Shown piece after piece: positions 7,780-16,089 of a stretch of 32,000 nucleotides of DNA. The notes under the pieces were generated by a model. It did no database searches. It saw only the letters and a list, made by a program, of their open reading frames with translations, and was not told where the DNA came from. How positions within the stretch are numbered: position 1 is the stretch's first letter; every line of letters starts with the position of its first letter. The position numbers and the translations under genes are program-made. The DNA is from Trichodesmium erythraeum IMS101 (GTDB taxonomy: Bacteria; Cyanobacteriota; Cyanobacteriia; Cyanobacteriales; Microcoleaceae): assembly GCF_000014265.1 (NCBI RefSeq), contig NC_008312.1:3600001-3632000 (forward strand). Reading direction: 5' to 3'.

Positions 7780-7937
7780 GATAATCTGGCTGTTCTTAAT
7801 AAAGAAATAAAGAAAAAATTTAAGCAAGAATAAAAGCTTAAATAATCTCATCAACTTAAAATTAATTAATTAATTAATTATACATTAACACTACGAGAAT
7901 CACAATTCCAAGTAATTACTTTAGGGTATTAGTAACT
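7780..7937 (+). pseudogene. Relic of the 3' part of ORF 3600..4016
   Basis: gctgttcttaataaagaaataaagaaaaaa matches gcttttcttgataaaaaaataaaaaatg. aatctcatcaacttaaaattaat matches catcttatcaacctaaaattaat. aatcacaattccaagtaattactttagggtattagtaa matches aatcaaaattcaaaactattaatttcgggtattagtaa. The order and orientation match copy 1, with an internal deletion. Confidence 0.5.
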
Positions 7938-8131
7938 AATTATTAATTATTAACTCTGCTTTATTATACTTGCTCCTTACAAGTGCATTAGAGCTTTGGT
8001 GTGAGTTCATCTCATTGAATGCTGTAGCTATGAGTTTGAACTATAACTTGCCCCTACTATCGTTAGTAACATTTTAGGGCTATTACAGTACTACATCTAA
8101 AAATATTTATACTTTAGGAGGAAATAATACT

Positions 8132-9067
8132 TTGACTACTGTACTTAATGTCTCACCTGATAGATTTGTTAGCACCCCTAGTGTTGAACGTGTAACTCAA
8201 CGCGCTTCTCGTTATTTAGAATCCGGTTACTCAGTTCACTTGCGCGGTCCCGCAGGAGTCGGTAAAACAACTCTCGCATTACACTTGGCTCATTTACGTC
8301 AGCAACCTATTTTTTTAATGATTGGGGATGATGAGTTTAAAACCTCAGATTTAATCGGTAATAAGTCAGGATATACAAGGAAAAAACTTGTAGATAATTA
8401 CATCCACACTGTATTAAAAGTTGAAGATGAACTGAAGCATAATTGGATTGATTCTAGGTTAACCTTAGCTTGTAAGGAAGGCTTCACTCTGATTTATGAC
8501 GAATTTAACCGCTCTCGTCCAGAGGTAAACAATGTTTTACTCTCTGTTTTAGAAGAAAAAATGTTGGTTTTACCACCTAGCCAAAATCAATCTGAATATA
8601 TTCAGGTTCATCCCCAGTTTAGAGTAATCTTAACTTCCAACTCTGAGGAATGGACAGGAGTTCATGCAACTCAAGATGCTTTATTAGACAGGGTGGTAAC
8701 AATTGGCATGGGACAACCTGATATTTCGACTGAGCAGAATATCATCATACAGAAAACAGGAATAAACCCTCTGAAAGCTGAAGTCATAATTAAGCTGGTG
8801 CGCAGTGTTCGCGAAAGATTAGAGACAGAAGATTTAGGTAGTTTGCGTTCTGCTCTAATGATTTCTAAAGTTTGTCACGACCATGATATTCCTCTAGGTG
8901 GTAAAGATTCTAATTTTTCAGATCTTTGTGCTGATATATTAATATCACGAGCTAATTTGCCTCGGCAGGAAGCCCTGAAGCAACTAGATGAAGTTCTAGA
9001 GGAACTTTTCCCGGCTGATCAACTTTCAATTTCTGATATTGGGCTCAAAAAAGAGGGTAGTTTATGA
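8132..9067 (+). CDS. gvpN: Gas vesicle protein GvpN, copy 2
   Basis: 311 aa. By my count it has 18 substitutions relative to copy 1 (about 94% identity), mostly in the C-terminal third. It has the same TTG start and AGGAGG site. Confidence 0.95.
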   Translation: MTTVLNVSPDRFVSTPSVERVTQRASRYLESGYSVHLRGPAGVGKTTLALHLAHLRQQPIFLMIGDDEFKTSDLIGNKSGYTRKKLVDNYIHTVLKVEDELKHNWIDSRLTLACKEGFTLIYDEFNRSRPEVNNVLLSVLEEKMLVLPPSQNQSEYIQVHPQFRVILTSNSEEWTGVHATQDALLDRVVTIGMGQPDISTEQNIIIQKTGINPLKAEVIIKLVRSVRERLETEDLGSLRSALMISKVCHDHDIPLGGKDSNFSDLCADILISRANLPRQEALKQLDEVLEELFPADQLSISDIGLKKEGSL

Positions 9068-9378
9068 AGACAAGTGCTAATATAGCTAAATCAGCTGGTG
9101 GAGATAGTCTAGCAGATGTGCTCGAAAGAGTCTTGGATAAAGGAATCGTAATTGCTGGAGATATTTCTGTTTCCATTGCTAGTACAGAACTTCTGAATAT
9201 TAAAATCCGCCTGTTAATATCCTCTGTCGAGAGAGCCAAAGAAATTGGAATTAACTGGTGGGAAAGCGATCCCTCTTTGAGTAGTCAAAACAATTCTTTG
9301 GTGCAGGTCAATCAAAAACTTCTTGAGCGAGTTGCTTCTCTTGAGTCAGAGATAGAAGCGCTTAAATACTCACAATAA
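9064..9378 (+). CDS. gvpJ: Gas vesicle protein GvpJ, copy 2
   Basis: 104 aa, about 87% identical to copy 1 with the same GvpA/J core. It shows the same ATGA overlap with gvpN2. Confidence 0.9.
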   Translation: MKTSANIAKSAGGDSLADVLERVLDKGIVIAGDISVSIASTELLNIKIRLLISSVERAKEIGINWWESDPSLSSQNNSLVQVNQKLLERVASLESEIEALKYSQ

Positions 9379-9392
9379 AAGTAGAAAAAAAA

Positions 9393-9575
9393 ATGAAAAT
9401 TAATAAAGTCAAAAATAATCAACTCAAAAGAATAAAAACTAGGCAAAATATTCTTAATAGTACGGGTCTTCGTGGTTGTTCCTCTTGTAACTCTATTACT
9501 GGACAAAATAATCGGGAAGTTGAAAAAACTAGAATCTTAATTGCACGAGCTAAAGTTTCGAGTCAAAAAAGATAA
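9393..9575 (+). CDS. Small basic CxxC protein, diverged paralog of ORF 5596..5820
   Basis: 60-aa ORF starting 15 nt after the gvpJ2 stop. The shared core is NIL.S..LRGCSSCNSI.G...V..TRIL.A. About 45% aa identity to copy 1 over the aligned C-terminal part. Confidence 0.45.
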   Translation: MKINKVKNNQLKRIKTRQNILNSTGLRGCSSCNSITGQNNREVEKTRILIARAKVSSQKR

Positions 9576-9771
9576 CTTCAACAATGGTGCTTTGCTCAAT
9601 AGTAACCTTATCAGGTATTGTTAGTTGAGTGCTTCACACATAAGGGTTCAGGCAATAGAGAATTAAAAAACTTTATATCAAGGTTTGAGTAATTACTATT
9701 GCCTCCTATATTCTAACTATACCAGAGCAAAGCACTATAACTTAACGTTTTCTTAAGTAGGATTATTTATT

Positions 9772-10130
9772 CTATCCCTAGAAACGTCCTCAAAGGAATC
9801 TTTAATAGTTCTTAATTGACAAATCTAAAAGTAACTCCAAAGCCACATTGGCTCCATTATTTATTATTAACTGTGATTGAGTTACTACGGTAACTAATGC
9901 AAGCTCAAGTAATTTGGTGAATGGATGCCAGAATACTTAATAACAAACAATTAGACCCTGCTACTGAAAGTCTACGACAGTTAGAGTAACAGGTGATTAA
10001 GTCCTGCAAAGTTTTTGATATTGGCACCTAAGATTTGAATTTGAATTTAGGTGAAATTGGTACTTTGTTACCCTATTCGAGAGAGTATTATCCAGGAGAA
10101 AAATCTGAGAATCTTTCTGTTTTAGAGCTA
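9772..10130 (+). pseudogene. gvpK: gvpK pseudogene: start codon lost, several in-frame stops, 3' truncated
   Basis: Collinear with gvpK nt 6014-6367. The ATG is replaced by cta (attctatccctagaaa versus attatgtctctagaaa). Stops occur at aat tga, cgg taa, gag taa and cct aag/taa. Homology ends at gttttagagcta. Confidence 0.85.
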
Positions 10131-10225
10131 ATTGCGAGCTAGTTTACCTAGGAAGAAAGCTCTGCAGCAAATAGATCAAGTTCTAAAGCATTTTTTTAGC
10201 CCTGCTCAACTATTGTTAAGTCATT
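10131..10225 (+). pseudogene. Relic of the gvpN 3' end fused directly to the truncated gvpK pseudogene
   Basis: agtttacctaggaagaaagctctgcagcaaatagatcaagttctaaagcattttttt..ccctgctcaactattgttaagtc aligns with gvpN1 nt about 5025-5105 (aatttgcctcggcaggaagctctgcagcaactagatgaagttctagaggaatttttccccgctgatcaaccttcaagttc). Confidence 0.6.
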
Positions 10226-10405
10226 TTCAATCGTGGCTAACTTTAGCATAACTCTGTCGTACTGCATGGTTATCAACAGTGATAGCAATTTTCATGATTC
10301 AAGAATACAGAGATTTTCCCTTAAAAGCAATTATCCATTTATGAGTCAGGGGGAAGTTTTGTAGTTATGAAGAGAAAACTGTTATCAGTTTTGTTATAAT
10401 TAATA

Positions 10406-10436
10406 AGGGGGAAATGATTTAATATCATGTCCCCCT
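10406..10436. terminator. Strong stem-loop (aggggga-a-atgat / atcat-g-tccccct) between the end of the gvp duplicate array and the 3' end of the minus-strand AAA+ gene
   Basis: 7 bp plus 5 bp of pairing with one mismatch and a 5-nt loop. On the plus strand it is followed by the T-rich gattatttctacttttg. It sits between convergent transcription units. Confidence 0.35.
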
Positions 10437-10553
10437 GATTATTTCTACTTTTGTGTCGGGAAGGCGGAAGAAGGCACTAAGACACAAGAGTTTATTCCAA
10501 TTGTGACTTAGTTTTATACACAAACAATACTACCGGAGTGATATGGCCTAACT

Positions 10554-12473
10554 TTATACACAGATGTCAGAATCAAAATTATTAGACTGTTTTTGACTCT
10601 TCAGAGCGTTGTAAGCATTTTCAAAGTCAGCACTTGTAATCTTGATATCATTTTCCTTAGAAGACTTAATTCCTTGAGCGCTATAACTACGAATTGCGGC
10701 TAAAGCAGCTTGATTAGTCAACAATGCCAAATCTGCTCCATTCCAACCTTCTGTACGACTTGCCCAATCTTCTAAATTGACTTCTTCCAGTGGGCGATCT
10801 TGATTATGAACCTTCAAAATTTCTAAACGACTAGCTTGATCTGGTAAGTCTACCTTGATTTGCAAATCCAATCTCCCCGCTCGAAGTAAAGCTGGGTCTA
10901 GAGCATCAGGACGATTAGTTGCTCCTACTAATAAGAGCTGAGTACAATCTCGCAAACCATCCAATTCCGTTAATAGTTGACCAACTAGGCGATCGCTCAC
11001 TCCTGAATCTCCCATCGTTTTACCACGAGCAGGAGCTAGAGTATCAATTTCATCTATGAAGATCACACAAGGTGAAACTTGTCTTGCCTTAGAGAAAAGT
11101 TCTCGTACTGCTTCTTCTGCCGCTCCTACCCATTTACTTAACAACTCTGGTCCATTTACCGCAATAAAATTAGCCTGTGCTTGAGAAGCAACAGCTTTGG
11201 CTAACAAAGTTTTTCCAGTTCCTGGTTCACCCCATAATAAAATTCCTTTAGGAGCTTTAGCTTTAGTCTTCTCATACAACTCTGGGTAGAGCAATGCACC
11301 TTCAACTGATTCTTGCAATTTTTGTTTAACAACATCGAGACCACCAATATGTTGCCAACTTACATTAGGTACTTCTACTGCCACAGACCTTAATATAGAA
11401 GGTTTAATTTCCTTAATTGCTCTGAGTAAGTCGCTTTGCAATAAACTCATATCTTCTGGAGTCTGAATATTTAAGTTCTCTAGGGATGGAACTTCACGAC
11501 GGAGAGCGAAATAAGCAGCTTTTTGACATACAGCCTTTAAGTCAGCACCCACTAAACCAACTGCTAAATCAGCAATTTCTTCCAAATCAACAGAATTATC
11601 TAATGGCATAGCTTTTGTCAGAATCTGCAAAATTTCTGAGCGTCCATCGCGATCTGGAACATGGAAATAAACCTCTTGGTCAAACCTCCCTGGACGACGA
11701 AGAGCTGGATCGATATGGTCTGGACGATTTGTTGCTGCTAATAGCAGGACACCCTCTAAAACTTCAAATCCATCCATCAGTCCCAAGAGTTGAGCGACTA
11801 ATCGCTTTTCGACTTCTCCCTCAACTTTACTGCGGTCTGGAGCAATGCTATCAATTTCATCAATGAAGATCAGACAAGGAGCAGATTTTTTGGCTTTGGC
11901 AAAAATATCCCGTAACTTTCCTTCTGCTTCTCCATAATATTTGCTCATCACTTCTGGTCCGTTGATGGCAATATAATTTAGCCCCAATTCTTCTGCTATT
12001 GCCTTAGCCGTCAGAGTTTTACCTGTACCTGGTGGTCCAACTAATAAAACTCCACGAGAAGGTTCAAGTCCTAATTTAGTCAACAGATCAGGTCGTTTGA
12101 GTGGGAGTTCTATAACTTCTCTTAATTCTTGAATTACTTCTGACATACCCCCGATATCTCTTAGGGTAGGTCTCAATTTAGTTTCTGGGGATGAGGTTGT
12201 AGAATTAGTTTTCTCTTGAGCTCTGTTTTGTGTTACACTATCTTTGTTTGGGGATTGAACAGTAAAATTAGTATCTTGTGAAGACTGTCCTGTTTGAGCT
12301 TGATAATTGCTTCTTCCCATTCCCCTCGGTATATTCCCATGCCTGGGAATATTTCTCATCGGTCCAGACTGTACCTCAAAGGAAGTTTTGATTTCTCCTG
12401 ATTTGGCTTTTTCTTCTAGAGTTTTTGCCAATTCTACTAGGTCTTTTACATCTAATCCAAAAAAATTATTCAT
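10554..12473 (-). CDS. CDC48/VCP-like ATPase with two AAA+ domains and a low-complexity Q/S/T-rich N-terminal region
   Basis: 639 aa. D1 has GVLLVGPPGTGKT and a Walker B IFIDEIDS. D2 has GILLWGEPGTGKT and IFIDEIDT. Second-region-of-homology motifs ATNRPD..DPALRRPGRFD and ATNRPDALDPALLRAGRLD are present. It has no canonical CDC48 N-domain; the first 120 aa or so appear disordered. Confidence 0.9.
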   Translation of the reverse strand: MNNFFGLDVKDLVELAKTLEEKAKSGEIKTSFEVQSGPMRNIPRHGNIPRGMGRSNYQAQTGQSSQDTNFTVQSPNKDSVTQNRAQEKTNSTTSSPETKLRPTLRDIGGMSEVIQELREVIELPLKRPDLLTKLGLEPSRGVLLVGPPGTGKTLTAKAIAEELGLNYIAINGPEVMSKYYGEAEGKLRDIFAKAKKSAPCLIFIDEIDSIAPDRSKVEGEVEKRLVAQLLGLMDGFEVLEGVLLLAATNRPDHIDPALRRPGRFDQEVYFHVPDRDGRSEILQILTKAMPLDNSVDLEEIADLAVGLVGADLKAVCQKAAYFALRREVPSLENLNIQTPEDMSLLQSDLLRAIKEIKPSILRSVAVEVPNVSWQHIGGLDVVKQKLQESVEGALLYPELYEKTKAKAPKGILLWGEPGTGKTLLAKAVASQAQANFIAVNGPELLSKWVGAAEEAVRELFSKARQVSPCVIFIDEIDTLAPARGKTMGDSGVSDRLVGQLLTELDGLRDCTQLLLVGATNRPDALDPALLRAGRLDLQIKVDLPDQASRLEILKVHNQDRPLEEVNLEDWASRTEGWNGADLALLTNQAALAAIRSYSAQGIKSSKENDIKITSADFENAYNALKSQKQSNNFDSDICV

Positions 12474-12620
12474 TTTTTAATTTTTAATAGTTGAAGTTAA
12501 TACTTTAGTCTATAAGCTATTCTATCACATTTAAGCGGCTCTAGTAAGTTATGATCATAAGTACAAATAAAATACAGAAAAAATGCAGAAAAAGTGATAC
12601 CTCTTCTTGATTTTAGTAAT

Positions 12621-12827
12621 GATGTGAACAAATAGACCAGACTTCTCTGCTCACAATTATTTTTTTCAGTGTAGCTTAATCAAAAAATTGTGTTAGCTAC
12701 ACAGGATAAGTATTCAGCTATTAGATGTGAACACATAGACTAGATTTCTCTGCTCACTATCATTTTGTTCAGTATAGCTTAATCAAAAAATTGTGTTAGC
12801 TACACAGAATAAGCATTAAGCCATTAG
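12621..12827. repeat. 2 x about 103-nt tandem repeat, each unit containing a hairpin (gtgtagc..gctacac), about 150 nt upstream of the AAA+ gene start
   Basis: gatgtgaaca(a/c)atagac(c/t)aga(c/t)ttctctgctcac..gt(g/a)tagcttaatcaaaaaattgtgttagctacacag(g/a)ataag.att.ag.(c/t)attag occurs at 12621-12723 and again at 12724-12827. Confidence 0.85.
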
Positions 12828-13721
12828 CGGTTAGCTCTACTACTTTTGAATGAATAAAACAAATTACTTTACTCAAAATAGCTTTTATACTTAACTCTTA
12901 ATTTTAATTCTTCCTCAATTCAAAAGTACTGACCAGTTGATTTGAGAATTGAGCATCAACAGAAAAGGAAACAATAGCTGTCAACAGTAGTATGTTTGCG
13001 AGGGTGAAAGTTATGAACCAGTCTTCCTCGCTTTCCACTTAATTATAACGCATTATTATTATTAGTATCTTACGGTTTACCCCCCAAGCTATAACCCATT
13101 ATGATTATTGGCATCTTACTTGGCCTAAAAACACCGGGATTTTTACCTAGCTGAATATCAAAGGTAGGTTAATGTTTTCGTTACGTAAGGCAACGCATTT
13201 CACATACTACTAACCAACCCCTATTCGGAGTGATTTGAGGTTGGTTACTTTTGCCTCTGTGCCCGTTTCTTGCCTTTAACTTCCAGTTTGCTAATAATTA
13301 ATTTATAATTTACTATAGCACTTATAACATATGTATTCAAAAAAAAACAACTAAAAAGTTGCCTTATACTAGATAGAGAGAGGCTTTCAACCCAGTTTTT
13401 TATCAAGACTCAACAGAGAAATTTAGTTGCTGTATAAAGAATTATCAAGGTCAATGGCATTGTAGAAAAAAAATTCACCAAACTCTGAGCGCAAAGTTAC
13501 ATCATAGATTGTAGACTTGTTCTAAGACAATAAGAAACTTTTGAAATTATGAGTAGGTAAGGGTTAAAATTTGTCTCTATCTAATAAAATTTGCATTTTC
13601 TCTCAAATCAACTGTATTGAGAAGCTTGGAGTTACTTTTACAAAGTTTAGTATTTTAGTATTATAGTTAGGCTATTTGATCACTATACACTTAACTCGTA
13701 ACTCCTCACTCAATCAATATT

Positions 13722-13979
13722 CTATGCATCTTCCTCTTCTTCTTTAAGCTTTTGTTCTTCTAAGGCCTGAATTGCTAATAAAAGCTCCTCCTCCTGATCT
13801 TCAAAATCTTCTTCCGAAATCTCCCCCATGTCAAAAGCAAGTTGAAGAGTTAGTAGCTTTTTACTAAGATTTTCTGTCTCATCTATTTCTGTATCAACTT
13901 GTTCTTGAAGTTTTTTCCCTAACCACGTAACTCCTTCTAGTGGACCACTAATAGGCAAGGTTAATAAACGTAAAAGCAT
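13722..13979 (-). CDS. gvpG: Gas vesicle protein GvpG
   Basis: 85 aa. MLLRLLTLPISGPLEGVTWLGKKLQEQVDTEIDETENLSKKLLTLQLAFDMGEISEEDFEDQEEELLLAIQALEE matches the GvpG family pattern: PxxGPxxGVxW, LxxLQLxFDxGEIxEEEF and an acidic tail. Confidence 0.9.
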   Translation of the reverse strand: MLLRLLTLPISGPLEGVTWLGKKLQEQVDTEIDETENLSKKLLTLQLAFDMGEISEEDFEDQEEELLLAIQALEEQKLKEEEEDA

Positions 13980-14310
13980 AAGATAATCTCCTTAAATTAG
14001 TTCTATAAGTAAAAACACCCCCACTAGTTACTAACTCTAGCTACTTAACTAATTTTAGCAACTTAAATTAAGGGATTAACTATATGATATACTTATTACA
14101 TAATCATATGTACTAATGTACCTAAAAATTAGAAATTAAAATTCTAAATAATTATTTTGTCTTAACAATTTGTTATAATTTAAAGATTGACATTCAAGTT
14201 GAGATTAAAATAAATTTTGAATAAAAAAAGCATTTAGTTTTGAACACAAAGGGCATTAAGGCATCTGATTGATCACCCAACTAAGTCAAAAAATCATTAA
14301 ATTATTAATT

Positions 14311-15111
14311 ATGGAATTTGGTTTCTACGTTTATGGTCTAATCCAGGAAAAAGGTAAAATGGATGAATCGAAAGATGAATCGAAAAATGGATTAAAAGGA
14401 TCGAATGAATCGAAAGATGAGTTAAAAGGATTGGATAAAGAAGATGTAAAAATTCAAGACGTTGATGAATTTGCAGTGCTTTACTCCATTGCCAAAAAGG
14501 AACGTTATCTAGCAAGTCGTCGTAATTTAATTACCCATGAAAAAGTTCTTGAGTCAGCGATGGAAGCAGGTTATAGAAATTTACTGCCGATGCAATTTGG
14601 TTTAGTAGTTTCTGAGTGGGAAAAATTTTCTCAAGATTTTACTAAACCTTGTGAACAGCAAATTCATGATCTATTCACTAAGTTAAAAAATAATCGAGAA
14701 GTAGGGATAAAAATATATTGGGAGCCAGATGCAGAACTGGAAAAGTTACTGGAAAACGACAAAGATCTAAAAGAGGAAAGAGATAGTTTAAAAGATAAAA
14801 AATTAACCATGGATCAGGTCATTGATATTGGGCAGAAAATTGAACAAGGAATGAATGAACGAAAACAAAATATTATTGAAATTTTTCAAGAAACTCTAAA
14901 TAAAATGGCGATTGAAGTAATAGAAAATGAGGTTCAAACAGAAAAAATGATTTATAATGCAGCTTATCTCATACCTTGGGATCAAGAAGAAGATTTTGGT
15001 GAGAAAGTAGAAACTATTGATAGTAAATTATGTGAACGGGGAAACTTTACAATTCGCTACAATAGTTTTACTGCTCCTTATAATTTTGCTCGAATTAGAC
15101 AACAAGACTGA
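14311..15111 (+). CDS. gvpF: Gas vesicle protein GvpF (GvpL/GvpF family)
   Basis: Strong GvpF blocks are present: YLASRRNLITHEKVLESAMEAGYRNLLPMQFGLVV, REVGIKIYW, MIYNAAYLIPWDQEEDF, IRYNSFTAPYNFA. I prefer the ATG at 14311 (MEFGFYVYGL, the usual family N-terminus) over the TTG at 14269 in the ORF track. Confidence 0.9.
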   Translation: MEFGFYVYGLIQEKGKMDESKDESKNGLKGSNESKDELKGLDKEDVKIQDVDEFAVLYSIAKKERYLASRRNLITHEKVLESAMEAGYRNLLPMQFGLVVSEWEKFSQDFTKPCEQQIHDLFTKLKNNREVGIKIYWEPDAELEKLLENDKDLKEERDSLKDKKLTMDQVIDIGQKIEQGMNERKQNIIEIFQETLNKMAIEVIENEVQTEKMIYNAAYLIPWDQEEDFGEKVETIDSKLCERGNFTIRYNSFTAPYNFARIRQQD

Positions 15112-15164
15112 TCTGGCGATCGCGAAATTCGACAAAATTAAGGTTATTAAAGACTGAAATCAGC

Positions 15165-15350
15165 TTGTGGAGTTTTTTTTACTTAAACTATCAGGTACAG
15201 GTAAAACTTTGATAGCTGAGGTTATAGCAGAAGAACTGAGGCTAAATTATAATGCTATCAATGATTAGAAATGATGAGCAAATATTATGGGGAGTTAGAA
15301 GTGAAATCATGGAAGATGTTTTGACCAATGCAAAAGAAATCTGCTCCTTA
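15165..15350 (+). pseudogene. Relic of the D1 Walker-A region of the CDC48-like AAA+ gene
   Basis: It translates as ..SGTGKTLIAEVIAEELRLNYNAIND*..EMMSKYYGELEVKSWKMF*PMQKKSAP. The intact protein has GPPGTGKTLTAKAIAEELGLNYIAINGPEVMSKYYGEAEGKLRDIFAKAKKSAP. Nucleotide similarity to the reverse complement of about 11880-12050 is obvious. It carries stops and a frameshift. Confidence 0.75.
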
Positions 15351-15411
15351 AGTCTAAGTATAATTACTCCTAACTCATAACTCCCCATCCACTTAACACT
15401 AAGCAGTTAAA

Positions 15412-16089
15412 ATGTCATATTATGTCTACGGTTTTCTATATCTACCCGAATCATGTTTAGCATTGCCAAAAGGTATGGAAAAGGAAGTTGAGCTAGTTCC
15501 ATATCAAAATATTGCTGCTGTAGTTGAAGCAAATGTATCTATTGAAGCAATACAGGAAACAGAAGAAAAATTACTAGAAGCAATATTAGCCCATGATCGT
15601 GTAGTTAGAGAAATATTTCAGCAAGTATCTATGCTACCACTAAGATTTGGTAATGCTTTTGCTCTGCGAGAAAATATTATTAATGATTTACAAAATAATC
15701 AGCAACAATATCTGAATATTTTAACTAAACTGCAACAACAAGCAGAATATACTATTACTTTTACTCCAGTTTCTTATCCTTCTACCCTAGAAGTTAGTAA
15801 AGTTCGTGGCAAAGCTTATTTATTAGCCAAAAAACAACAGTTTGAACAACAACAAGCTTTTCAAACTAAGCAACGTCAACAGTGGGAAAATATACGTCAG
15901 TTAATATTCAAGAATTATCCCAAAGCAGTTTTTAGAGATAGTACGGAAAGTAAAATTAAGCAAGTACATCTGTTGGCCAATCGTGATGCCAGAGTTATAA
16001 CTACTGAAGAACTATCAACTTGGCAAACTGAGTGTTCTTATTGGCAAATTACTTTGAGCGAACAACTTCCTCCTTATCATTTTGTCTGA
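15412..16089 (+). CDS. GvpL/GvpF-family gas vesicle protein (second paralog)
   Basis: 225 aa. The N-terminus YYVYGFLYLPE, the LLEAILAHDRVVREIFQQVSMLPLRFGN block and the position beside gvpF fit the family. The Q-rich central part is diverged. Confidence 0.7.
   Translation: MSYYVYGFLYLPESCLALPKGMEKEVELVPYQNIAAVVEANVSIEAIQETEEKLLEAILAHDRVVREIFQQVSMLPLRFGNAFALRENIINDLQNNQQQYLNILTKLQQQAEYTITFTPVSYPSTLEVSKVRGKAYLLAKKQQFEQQQAFQTKQRQQWENIRQLIFKNYPKAVFRDSTESKIKQVHLLANRDARVITTEELSTWQTECSYWQITLSEQLPPYHFV

Noticed and set aside
7612-7854. 80-aa minus-strand ORF
   Set aside because: It runs antisense across the arsA and ORF138 relics and the AT-rich spacer. The translation is low-complexity I/L/F/K-rich, with no ribosome-binding site.
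9045-9506. Minus-strand ORFs 9045..9239 and 9312..9506
   Set aside because: They are antisense to the well-supported gvpJ2 and the small ORF, and have no counterpart of equal length in duplicate unit 1.
11615-11866. Plus-strand 83-aa ORF inside the AAA+ gene
   Set aside because: It is antisense to a strongly supported AAA+ coding region.
12830-13721. Possible structured RNA, tRNA or tmRNA in the long spacer; smpB is in the window, so I looked for ssrA
   Set aside because: I found only short hairpins (for example aaccaacc..ggttggtt at about 13213-13250). I could not find a T-loop (GGTTCGAATCC-like) or an acceptor-stem pattern anywhere in the window. No RNA gene can be supported by eye.
14269-14310. 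TTG start at 14269 for gvpF (ORF-track start)
   Set aside because: The ATG at 14311 gives MEFGFYVYGL, the conserved GvpF/L N-terminus. The 14 extra residues have no counterpart in the family. This is not certain without a start-site model.
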